Part shown: positions 28,584-37,074 of the stretch, in pieces
Layout of the letters: every line of letters starts with the position of its first letter
Numbering within the stretch: the stretch's first letter is position 1
NCBI GenBank assembly: GCA_964014485.1
Contig: CAXHAT010000024.1
Coordinates: 1 to 53,444 of the forward strand
DNA: 53,444 bases
Source of the DNA: an uncultured Deferribacteres bacterium
GTDB taxonomy: Bacteria > Zhuqueibacterota > Zhuqueibacteria > Zhuqueibacterales > Geothermadaptataceae
Direction: 5' to 3'
Position numbers and translations under genes: made by a program
The notes under the pieces: model-generated
Told to the model about the DNA's origin: nothing
The model's input: only the letters and a program-made list of their open reading frames with translations
The model's database searches: none

Positions 28584-29519
28584 TTAATTTCCTTCCCCAT
28601 TTTTAGGTTCGCGTGAACTAACCCAACCTAACATTTTATGCCAAAGCGAACCATGATTTTTTATCGAAGACGAAATTGCGCCCATCTGTTCCAGGGCGGC
28701 GACTTCGCCGGTTTGGATTAACGCATCAAATTCGCCAAAATCCGCCCAATGCGTTTGGCCAACTTCAGGGCGTAAAACAAAATTCGCGCGCTGCAGGTGC
28801 ATTTCACGCAAGCTGCGAGACGTAATTGCATTGCCGCGAAACATAACGTCGATGATGCTCAATTCCTCACCGATCCTGTCCAATTCCTGGCTCACGTCGA
28901 CGGCAACAACGATTTCGGCGCCCAAGTCAAAGGCGGCTTGCACAGGCACGGGGTTGGTTACGACTCCGTCAGTCAGCACGTAGCCGTTATATTTAAGAGG
29001 CGGTAAGAAGCCGGGAATGGATGAACTGGCAAGCGCGGCCTTTCGCAAGCTGCCGGCAGTAAAAACGACATCTTCACCACGGTTCAGGTCCGTTGCAACG
29101 ACCGCAAGCGGCATTTGGGCGCTCTCGATGTTTTGGTCAGGAAGTAAGAAATCGACGACGCTTTCCAATCTTCGTCCGCTAACGAGCGAATTGCGCCGAT
29201 GCGCCAAATTTATCACAACGCGCTGCCGAACGTACTTGGCGACCTGCCCGAAAAAGTTTTCGGCAGGCTCGCCTTTTGCAAACAAATCCAGGCCGCTATT
29301 GTCATATATTTCGCTGGAGATTAACTCATAGATGCGCTTTTTTACTTGCTCCGAATCCGGGGCGAATGCGTAAGCGCCGCCGACAAGCGCGCCAATGCTC
29401 GTACCTGAAATGCAGTGTATCGGGATCGCGTTTTGTTCGAATGCTTTGAGAACGCCAATATGTGCAAGGCCTCTTGCCCCGCCGCCGCCTAAGGCCAGTC
29501 CAATTTTCGGTTGTGCCAA
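28584..29519 (-). CDS. Patatin-like phospholipase (RssA/NTE family)
   Basis: LGGGGARGLAHIG, GTSIG nucleophile elbow and DG motif. Confidence 0.92.
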   Translation of the reverse strand: MAQPKIGLALGGGGARGLAHIGVLKAFEQNAIPIHCISGTSIGALVGGAYAFAPDSEQVKKRIYELISSEIYDNSGLDLFAKGEPAENFFGQVAKYVRQRVVINLAHRRNSLVSGRRLESVVDFLLPDQNIESAQMPLAVVATDLNRGEDVVFTAGSLRKAALASSSIPGFLPPLKYNGYVLTDGVVTNPVPVQAAFDLGAEIVVAVDVSQELDRIGEELSIIDVMFRGNAITSRSLREMHLQRANFVLRPEVGQTHWADFGEFDALIQTGEVAALEQMGAISSSIKNHGSLWHKMLGWVSSREPKNGEGN

Positions 29520-29529
29520 CGCCCCTCCA

Positions 29530-31578
29530 TTAATCCAAAATCATGAATTTCCTGTATTTGATAACGCGTTTGTTATTTGTCTCAAAAACGGCGCGAAAAA
29601 AATATACGCCCGGCGTTAAATGCTGTACTGAAGCGGTTCCCGCATTCCAGGGTTGGGTGCGTGAACCTGCCCTAAGCTGTACCTGGTCTAAGATCGTGGT
29701 GATTTCCTGCCCAAGCAAATTGTGTATGCTCAACGAAACGACGGCGGTTTCTTGAAGGAGCAGAGTTACGCGCGGCGTTGCATTTTGTGAGCGAACCACA
29801 GGATTGGGATAACTTGGCAATAGAGAAAATAATTCATCCCCGTCGTCTGAATTCAAAATGCTTGCAACAATGCCGTCGGCGTCGATTCGAAAAAGCTGCT
29901 CGGGAGCGAGCTTTGGGTAGGTGTAAATTCTGTCATCGTTTTGAAGCCGGACACTGAAATACACTTCAGCCGATTCCCCGCTTTTAAGTGCGAAAGGAGC
30001 GCTTTCAAGCGAAGTAGAATCCAGGAGCGTCATTGGCGTTTCAGAAAATGCGCCTTCTCTAGGTCGTCGCCAAAAAAAAGTCGCCGATTGGATTTCTGTT
30101 TTTGCCAGACAATGCACCGACGTTTGCACTTCAGACGCATTCAGCCTTTCGAATGCAGGTTGGTTACTGAATGCCGGCCCCCAATATGTTATCGCAGCTG
30201 CGGCGTCGAGCGTGCCGTAGCCTAAAACGGTGTCTGGGGTCGCGGCCTGACTCGCCGTCATGCGGATTGCTTCATTTACCTGGAGCGGCGTCAGGTCAGG
30301 GTGCGCTGAGAGAATCTGCGCCGCAACGCCGGCAACCAAAGGGCAGGACATGGATGTTCCGCTACTGTTTTGATAAACGTTGCCTGGGCCGGGCGCAGCC
30401 GTCTTGACGCCTGCCGCCATTGCCATCACATCCGGCTTAATTCGACCGTCTGCCGTAGGCCCAAACGAGCTGAAAGAAACGCGTGCGCCTGAATCGATCA
30501 ATCCGCCCGCGGCAAGAATATCCTTTGCATCAGCGGGCGCAATAATTTTCGACCACGTCGCCGAGTTGCCTCTATTTCCCGCACTATTGACGACGACCAT
30601 GCCCTTTTCCGTCGCGATCTGCGCCGCCTGTGAAACAATAGTCGTCTTGCCGTCGAGATCGGCCAGCGAGTAGTTGTCCGCCGGATCATCAAAAACGCTA
30701 TAGCCAAGCGAGCTGGAAATGACGTCGGCGCCTTGCAATTCCATCCATTCTATTGCCGCAGCCCAGTTGTCTTCTTCAATCGGCGTTTCACTCGTAATGT
30801 CCTCCGTTTTCGCAAGTAAGAATTGAGACCCGTAAGCCGGCCCGATCAGTTGCCCGGGAGCATAGGCGCCAATTGCCGATAGCACACGCGTACCATGACT
30901 GATTTGGCTCGTAACATCGCCTTCCTGGTTTGCAGTGACTTCATCCATGTTGATGAAATCATATTCGTCCAGGACTTGAAGTTCTTGAAAGGCTTCATGG
31001 TCGCTGTAATCAAAGCCGGTGTCGAGCATGCCGATGAGAACGCCTTGGCCAATAATCCCTGCATCGTGCAAAAAATGGACGTTGATTTGAGCAATTTGGG
31101 TAAACGCGTCTCCATAATCAAGCCGGGTTTGAAAGGGCGTTTTTGGGAAAAAAGGTAAAGGATTTTCAAAATGAACCGGGTCGGGCGGGGCAAGTTTTCT
31201 GACAGGTTGGATTTTTTTTACAAAGGGGAGTTTGGAGATGCGTACAACTTGTTCTTGGGACAAAAATGTACTGAATGCGTTTAGCCAGCGTGATTCTCTG
31301 AGCGCCTTAACGCCGTCATTTTCAAGTTGCTTCACATACCTTTGATTTAGCGGTGCGTCGCGAAGGTCGAAAATATTTTGTGCGCCTAGTGTTTTTTTTC
31401 GTCGGTCTATCGCTTTGTGCGACAATCGCGCTTCAATTTCAGCAAAACGGCGGGAAGATTTTTCCAGCTTTACAACGCCTTTATCCGCGAGGAAAACCCA
31501 ATACTTCTGCTCCGCCGAGATTTCGGTTTCGCCTAACAGGAGAACAAGAAGTAATGCAGAGAACAAGGAGCTTTTCAC
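29530..31578 (-). CDS. Secreted S8 subtilase with C-terminal sorting-like domain
   Basis: Catalytic triad LDTG, HGT and GTSMSCP; SAGN oxyanion; C-terminal YPNP...GVYF. The likely GTG start at 31578 gives a signal peptide. Confidence 0.9.
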   Translation of the reverse strand: MKSSLFSALLLVLLLGETEISAEQKYWVFLADKGVVKLEKSSRRFAEIEARLSHKAIDRRKKTLGAQNIFDLRDAPLNQRYVKQLENDGVKALRESRWLNAFSTFLSQEQVVRISKLPFVKKIQPVRKLAPPDPVHFENPLPFFPKTPFQTRLDYGDAFTQIAQINVHFLHDAGIIGQGVLIGMLDTGFDYSDHEAFQELQVLDEYDFINMDEVTANQEGDVTSQISHGTRVLSAIGAYAPGQLIGPAYGSQFLLAKTEDITSETPIEEDNWAAAIEWMELQGADVISSSLGYSVFDDPADNYSLADLDGKTTIVSQAAQIATEKGMVVVNSAGNRGNSATWSKIIAPADAKDILAAGGLIDSGARVSFSSFGPTADGRIKPDVMAMAAGVKTAAPGPGNVYQNSSGTSMSCPLVAGVAAQILSAHPDLTPLQVNEAIRMTASQAATPDTVLGYGTLDAAAAITYWGPAFSNQPAFERLNASEVQTSVHCLAKTEIQSATFFWRRPREGAFSETPMTLLDSTSLESAPFALKSGESAEVYFSVRLQNDDRIYTYPKLAPEQLFRIDADGIVASILNSDDGDELFSLLPSYPNPVVRSQNATPRVTLLLQETAVVSLSIHNLLGQEITTILDQVQLRAGSRTQPWNAGTASVQHLTPGVYFFRAVFETNNKRVIKYRKFMILD

Positions 31579-31795
31579 ATTCAATCCCGAGCCTATCGAT
31601 GGAAAATTTTGCAATGCGACGCGGATGAAGATATAGAAGAGAAATAAAAATTCATAGAAAAAACACGTTTGTGGTAAGGCTGCTTTTTCGCCTGATTCCG
31701 CCTCAGGAATATCGCCTTGACATTTCAGCATTGAAACCCTATTTTCCACGCCCGTAAACGACCCCTAAATCGTTTCGGACTAACCTGGAGTAATT

Positions 31796-32863
31796 ATGGC
31801 TGCCCATCCAACTGAACTTTCGCTCGAACTTAAGCCATCACAACGATTTGACATTATAGATGTTAAGAATAGAATCGGACGGCAATTCGGCGACTTTCTC
31901 AATCAATACAAAAAATCATTCTATTGCTCATTCCATACCACGGCGGGCTATCTTGAACAGAGTTTTTGCGCTCGTTTAAACCACGACAAAGATCACGTCG
32001 ATCCGTTTATTGGCGCTTTTCGCAAGCTTTTCCCCGCCGACGCAGACTACCGGCATGATCAGATGGAATTGAGAAACGAGCTTACCGAAGAACAAAAAGT
32101 CTGCGAACCTCGCAATGGCGATTCACATCTTATCTTTATCGGTTCCGGGCTCAATAATGCGGTCACCTACCAAAACCAGCCTGAAGTGCCGGTTTATTTC
32201 ATCGATCTGGACGGCGTTTATGAAGATCAAACGCGCTCTCGAAAAACCAGCGTACTTGGTTACAACGAAGAAGTGGTCGTGCATCGCAAGCGAGTCGCCG
32301 TCCCAATGTCGAAGCATCGCGTCGATTCCGTGAATTTACGAGACGACGGCTTGGGAATTAAAGAAGAGATTAACGAGCTTTTGCATAAGCTGGGCGTGAA
32401 TAAGGGCTATGTTCAAATTTCCCTTTCTCCGGAAGAAAAAAACGCCGGCGTCACGGTAAACGAGTACGAAACGCTTCTTATGCGTCATGATCTCACAGAA
32501 GTACTCAAGAACCCGATCAAATTCATGGCGGAACAGGGGAGGAGCATGTTGAAGGATCCACGAACAATCCCATCCAAGACCATGAACTACGCCAAGTATG
32601 ACTTTGTCCATATTTTCAATGAAATCATGGACGCCTTCAAGGTCAGCGATTCGGTTGTTGAAAAAATTCTGGCTAAGTTCATTGCTCTGCCTGCGTCGCG
32701 TTTTCTTAGAATGAAAAGAAGCATCAATCTTTTCGTAACCAGCCAAAACGGCGATCCGGGACAACTGATTCACGGCACTTACCAAAGCCCGATTTTGGTG
32801 CAATGGAAGAACTCGCCGGGAGAAACCCGCTACCTGGACATTGCGATTACAGAGTTTAAATAG
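31796..32863 (+). CDS. Hypothetical protein with two tandem YjbQ/UPF0047-like domains
   Basis: Domain 1 has FHTTAG, YRHD, NGDSHL and FIDLDG...R.R. Domain 2 has AGVTVNEYE...DL...L and GTYQSPILVQW...R. GGAG RBS. Confidence 0.6.
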   Translation: MAAHPTELSLELKPSQRFDIIDVKNRIGRQFGDFLNQYKKSFYCSFHTTAGYLEQSFCARLNHDKDHVDPFIGAFRKLFPADADYRHDQMELRNELTEEQKVCEPRNGDSHLIFIGSGLNNAVTYQNQPEVPVYFIDLDGVYEDQTRSRKTSVLGYNEEVVVHRKRVAVPMSKHRVDSVNLRDDGLGIKEEINELLHKLGVNKGYVQISLSPEEKNAGVTVNEYETLLMRHDLTEVLKNPIKFMAEQGRSMLKDPRTIPSKTMNYAKYDFVHIFNEIMDAFKVSDSVVEKILAKFIALPASRFLRMKRSINLFVTSQNGDPGQLIHGTYQSPILVQWKNSPGETRYLDIAITEFK

Positions 32864-32900
32864 CCTTCAAGCGGTTATTGAAGTCTTGAGTTATGGGGGG

Positions 32901-33698
32901 TCAACTTGAGCGCGTGAGCAGAGCTTTCTGTGTGTTTTGATCGCGTAAAAACTCGATTTCCAATTGATTTACGCCCTGCCTTCCAGCCATAATTTCGCTG
33001 AACCTTCGCAGCGAAGTCACCATTTCCCCGTCAACTGAAAGTATTAGGTCGCCGGGAAGCATCCCGCCCATCGAAGCCGGAGAGTCGTTTTGCGTTTTCG
33101 AGACCAGAACGCCGGTGTAACCTTGGAAATGATTTTTGAGCGCCCCGGAAACTTCTTGAACTGTAAATCCCCACGAATTGATGCGGACTTGTGAAATCAG
33201 ATTTTCTGAATCATCGACGTTCGGCAATTCTTCAAGCAGGCTCTGGTTCGCAAAAATGGGTGTGTTCAATCGAAGCGCCAATGCGATTGCGTCGCTGGGT
33301 CTGGCGTCGATTTTAAGCTCATCTTTTTGGCTTTTGAGCTGGATTTCGGCAAAATACGTGTGCGCATTGAGGTCAGAAATAACAACTCGGCGAATGTCGG
33401 CGTCCACGGAGGTTAAAAGCGACGCCATCAAATCATGCGTGAGAGGGCGTTCGTGTTCCATACGCTGTTGGCCCATGTAAATGGAAAGCGCCTGAGTTCT
33501 GTCGACAACAAGCGTTAGAAAGCCTTGGCCCTGCGCCTGTTCAAGGATGACCGCAACAGATTCATTGTTTTCCAAAGGCGTGAGAGAGCGGATTTTCATG
33601 AGTACAACTTCTTTCTGTTCATCAATTGAACATGAAAAAAACGCGAGAGTAAGGAGAAAGGAGAAAACGGCTGGGTAAATCGCTTTCCTGTAGCCCAT
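32901..33698 (-). CDS. Bifunctional nuclease (DUF151/BFN) domain plus PDZ domain, predicted lipoprotein
   Basis: RPLTHDL and IDARPSDAIALALR (BFN); GVLV.....SPA..GG..PGD.ILSVDG (PDZ); N-terminal LLTLAFFSC. Confidence 0.8.
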   Translation of the reverse strand: MGYRKAIYPAVFSFLLTLAFFSCSIDEQKEVVLMKIRSLTPLENNESVAVILEQAQGQGFLTLVVDRTQALSIYMGQQRMEHERPLTHDLMASLLTSVDADIRRVVISDLNAHTYFAEIQLKSQKDELKIDARPSDAIALALRLNTPIFANQSLLEELPNVDDSENLISQVRINSWGFTVQEVSGALKNHFQGYTGVLVSKTQNDSPASMGGMLPGDLILSVDGEMVTSLRRFSEIMAGRQGVNQLEIEFLRDQNTQKALLTRSS

Positions 33699-33772
33699 AA
33701 GTCGCTCCGCAAAGATTTTGATAAGGCTGGAATGTAATTTCCTGTAAGTAGAGCGTTGAGGAAACCCTTAAA

Positions 33773-33862
33773 TGTCATGCTGGAAGCATCTTTTTTAACC
33801 CGATCCTTGAATTTTGAGCGCCATTTTTGCTGGTCGCTAACAAAGATTCTTTCAGGATGAGA
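33773..33862. repeat. About 90-bp dispersed palindromic element (copy A)
   Basis: Matches the reverse complement of 42238-42327, including an identical 22-nt TCATGCTGGAAGCATCTTTTTT. Confidence 0.75.
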
Positions 33863-34403
33863 AGCCGATGGATTTCCTGTATGCCCTCAAAGAGGACGCT
33901 CTTCATAATATGCCAGACAACATTAATCGGAAAAAAGATTCAGTAATTTATATTTAGCAAGTTTAAACTTTTAATGCGGACTGCGAATTGAAAGCGATAC
34001 AAAATAGGGGGCTGTAAACTAAAGCTCCAACGGCCAAATCAAAGAGAAGTTTCATTAGATTAATTCACGATACGATCAATTCCGCTTTCGTTTTTTCAAA
34101 AATCATCCATCTTTCTGGTGGAACTTTTAGGCTGTGGAAATTGTTCTACCCTGACGTTTTTAGTGAATCTTTCTTTTATTTCACTGATGTTACACGCGCC
34201 GCAAACGTAAGGAGTGCAAAGCTTGCTTTTCAGTTTCGGCTAGCAAGGAGCGGCGCATTCAGAAATTTAACGAAAAAGTTTAGGAAAAAACATGGCGGAA
34301 TAGCAAGGCAAGCCTTGCACTCCATTTTCTACATTGGCTGCGTAACATTAGTTTTTTCAGGCATTTATTCAAGTCGTTTCATAGTATGATGGAGAGAACC
34401 AAA

Positions 34404-35045
34404 ATGAAGCAAATTAAACTGAGTGTAATTTTAGTGTTTTGCTGTTTCTTGACCGCGCCCGCACTGGCTCAAGAAGCTTTTGGACTTTTTGCGGGCTTCA
34501 ATTTCACAAATCTTTCCAGATCGCCTGGCCTCGCGGGGACGTCGCACAGTCAATCGTCCCGATTTGCTTTCGGCGCGCTTGTTGATTTCAAACTCTTCGG
34601 CGATTTGGAATTGCGACTGGAGCCAATGTTCGTTCGTAAAGGCGCTATTTTTGATTTTACCGATCCTTCAAATGAAACGCAGCCCGACCAGCGATTCACT
34701 AAAAATTATGACTATTTCGAAACGCCGGCGATGTTGAAATACAACCTGTTTTCAGAAAAGGAGCCCGTCTTTCTCTTAGCCGGCCCAAGCTTCGCGATCC
34801 CGATTTCATTGAAGCACAATTCAAGGGCGGAAACAGTCGATGCTGGAGACGAATTGAGCGGATTCGATTTTGGCGCAACGGTCGGCGCGGGAATTACGCT
34901 AAAAGCGACAAACGCCAATTTTTTTCTTGAAGGGCGTTTCAACGTCGGCTTGAAAAATATCAATGCAAGCGATGATGATTCATTTTCCTTGAAGAACAAT
35001 GGTTTTCGCGTCTTGTTTGGTCTGCAATTCCCTCTCGGAAAGTAA
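34404..35045 (+). CDS. Outer-membrane beta-barrel (PorT/porin family, OMP_b-brl_2)
   Basis: Signal peptide; FG..AG.N, RLEP.F..KG, Y.E.P..LKY, AGPS, DFG...GAG and EGRF..GL; C-terminal F.L. Confidence 0.8.
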   Translation: MKQIKLSVILVFCCFLTAPALAQEAFGLFAGFNFTNLSRSPGLAGTSHSQSSRFAFGALVDFKLFGDLELRLEPMFVRKGAIFDFTDPSNETQPDQRFTKNYDYFETPAMLKYNLFSEKEPVFLLAGPSFAIPISLKHNSRAETVDAGDELSGFDFGATVGAGITLKATNANFFLEGRFNVGLKNINASDDDSFSLKNNGFRVLFGLQFPLGK

Positions 35046-35067
35046 AAAAATCTACAAACTCATTCGC

Positions 35068-35110
35068 GAAAAAGCCCCTGTCGACGAAAGGAAGTTGACA
35101 AGGGCTTTTC
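35068..35110 (+). terminator. Intrinsic terminator
   Basis: AAAAGCCCCTGTCGAC...GTTGACAAGGGCTTTT hairpin after the porin gene. Confidence 0.6.
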
Positions 35111-35234
35111 GTTTATGGGCGCACTTGGTCGGACGACGGCTTGTACGATCGGGTACAGATCGCATTGTTCAGTTCTCCTCGGAATTTTCCCAACCTCTTG
35201 TTTTTCATCGATTTCGAAATTTCATTTTTAAGTC

Positions 35235-35250
35235 TGGCACAGACATTGAA
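35235..35250 (+). promoter_or_regulatory. Possible sigma54 (-24/-12) promoter
   Basis: TGGCAC-N5-TTGAA, one mismatch to the TGGCAC-N5-TTGCA consensus, about 70 nt upstream of the YXWGXW gene. Confidence 0.4.
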
Positions 35251-35318
35251 AAAAGCTTGGGCAATTCTGATTTATACAACTGCCAATCAAAACGATATTT
35301 ATTCGAAGGAGAAAGACA

Positions 35319-35636
35319 ATGAAATCTTTAAAAGGAATACTCGCCGCCGGGCTGTTCGTTACCAGTTTAACTTTTGCCGAATCCAGCGAAGCGGCAAAGC
35401 GAGTTTACGTTAGAATCGCTCCGCCCAAAGCTAAAAGCGTTACTGTTGTTAAAGTGAAGCGCCCCCACAAAAACGCCGTCTGGGCCGCCGGATACTGGCA
35501 TTGGAACGGCAAAAAACATGTCTGGAAAAAGGGTCGCTGGATCAAGCATAGAAAAGGCTTTGTCTATGTGCCGGGTCATTGGAAAAACAACCGCTTCGGC
35601 TGGTATTGGACGCCGGGGCGTTGGAAAAGAGTCTGA
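35319..35636 (+). CDS. Secreted YXWGXW/WXXGXW-repeat protein
   Basis: Signal peptide; VRIAPP; repeats WAAGYW, WKKGRW, YVPGHW and WTPGRW. Confidence 0.88.
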   Translation: MKSLKGILAAGLFVTSLTFAESSEAAKRVYVRIAPPKAKSVTVVKVKRPHKNAVWAAGYWHWNGKKHVWKKGRWIKHRKGFVYVPGHWKNNRFGWYWTPGRWKRV

Positions 35637-35657
35637 TTATAAACGCCTCTTCCGGAA

Positions 35658-35692
35658 ACAGCGGCGCGCACATCCGCGCCGCTGTGATTTTT
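35658..35692 (+). terminator. Intrinsic terminator
   Basis: ACAGCGGCGCG-cacatc-CGCGCCGCTGT followed by GATTTTT. Confidence 0.65.
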
Positions 35693-35801
35693 GAATATCT
35701 CACTGTAGGCGTATTAAGAACGAGCGGACAAAAATGAACTTATTTGCCGTTCATTCGCTTATCCAGAGCCACCCAAAACCTTGCTTGAAAGCCTACGCAT
35801 T

Positions 35802-36950
35802 TTAACCGACCAGATCCGTTTTCACCTCAGAAGATCCAGTTTTTTCACGCCACCGAGCAGCGAGCGACGAACCGGTGATATTCATCAATGGCCCGAAAAC
35901 CGCCGGAGCCAAACCAACGGTGGCGACTTTGCCCATTGTCAATGCGATGCCCGAAGCGAGCCCGCCGTTTTGCAGCCCGACCTCAAGCGCAACAGTGCGG
36001 CAGGTTTGCTCATCCATGCCTGTTAGGCGGCATCCCCAATATCCGAGGAGATAACCCGCCAGATTGTGGATTAAACAAGCCAGCACAAGCAGTGCGCCAA
36101 TTTCCAGCAAACTGTCCCGCCCCGCTGCTGTGATAATCATGATGATAAAACCAATTCCCGCCATGGAAACCATGGGCATGATTCTATTGAGAAACTGCAC
36201 ATGTTGGCGAAAAATTCGATTGACGATCAAACCGGCAACCACGGGGATAATCACAATTTTGGTAATGCTCCACATCATTCCCCAAAAGTCTACCGGGACG
36301 AAAGCGCCTGCGAGCCATTTCATAAGCAGGGGCGTCATCAAAGGCGCCAGCATGGTCGCGACGGCGGTCAGGGTAACGGAGAGCGCCAAATTTGCTCTGG
36401 CAATATAGGCCATAACATTTGAAGCGAGGCCGCTTGGTGATGAGCCGACCAAAACGACGCCCGCCGCGATCTCCGCCGGAAAGTTCATTCCTTTCGCCAG
36501 AGAATACCCGACAAGCGGCATGATGGTGAACTGGCATAAAAGTCCAACCAAAACGCCTTTCGGCATTTTGACGACTCCAGAGAAATCGCTGAGGCTCATC
36601 GCGGTCCCCATGCCGAACATGATGATTTGAAGAAGCGGAACGATCAGCGTTTTCAGTTCAAAGCTCCCCCAATTTACAAAGAATTGGGGGAAGGTCATCG
36701 CCAGCGTAACCGCCGCGAAAATACCGAGCGTGAAGGAAAAGCCTCGGAAATGGCGATAGCCGCGAACGCCAACTGCGAGAAAAATAAAGAACATTGCCAG
36801 AGCCGGGGCGGCTGTCGAGAAATCTTCAATGAAAGAGAGGACGAAGGTCAAGACAAGGCAAATGACAGCCGCCGTCGTGCATGCTGAATAGACTTTTTTC
36901 ATTTTTATCAACTGCGTGGTGGTGATACGATTCCATCTATTTTTTGTCAA
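35802..36950 (-). CDS. Bile acid:sodium symporter family protein (start may be 36902)
   Basis: IMFGMG, QFTIMP, PSGLASNV and EVGLQNGGLA; multiple TM helices. Confidence 0.92.
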   Translation of the reverse strand: MTKNRWNRITTTQLIKMKKVYSACTTAAVICLVLTFVLSFIEDFSTAAPALAMFFIFLAVGVRGYRHFRGFSFTLGIFAAVTLAMTFPQFFVNWGSFELKTLIVPLLQIIMFGMGTAMSLSDFSGVVKMPKGVLVGLLCQFTIMPLVGYSLAKGMNFPAEIAAGVVLVGSSPSGLASNVMAYIARANLALSVTLTAVATMLAPLMTPLLMKWLAGAFVPVDFWGMMWSITKIVIIPVVAGLIVNRIFRQHVQFLNRIMPMVSMAGIGFIIMIITAAGRDSLLEIGALLVLACLIHNLAGYLLGYWGCRLTGMDEQTCRTVALEVGLQNGGLASGIALTMGKVATVGLAPAVFGPLMNITGSSLAARWREKTGSSEVKTDLVG

Positions 36951-37074
36951 TGTATCGCCTGATTTGGATACGGCAAAACGTATTCAAACTGGCGCTCTTT
37001 CGCTGTTCAAAAGCCAATGGACGTGAGCGAAGTTTTGCGGAACAATCTGCGGGCTTTTTTGTTGCAAAGCGATC

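Noticed and set aside
31579..31749. N-terminal extensions in the ORF track (S8 protease, and similarly 23632-23727, 48412-48582 and 51532-51627)
   Set aside because: Downstream starts give proper signal peptides, RBSs or family-typical N-termini, and the extensions overlap probable promoter regions.
33870..34400. Possible riboswitch in the long intergenic region before the porin gene
   Set aside because: I could not match a c-di-GMP, TPP, cobalamin or SAM consensus by eye. An Rfam scan would be needed.
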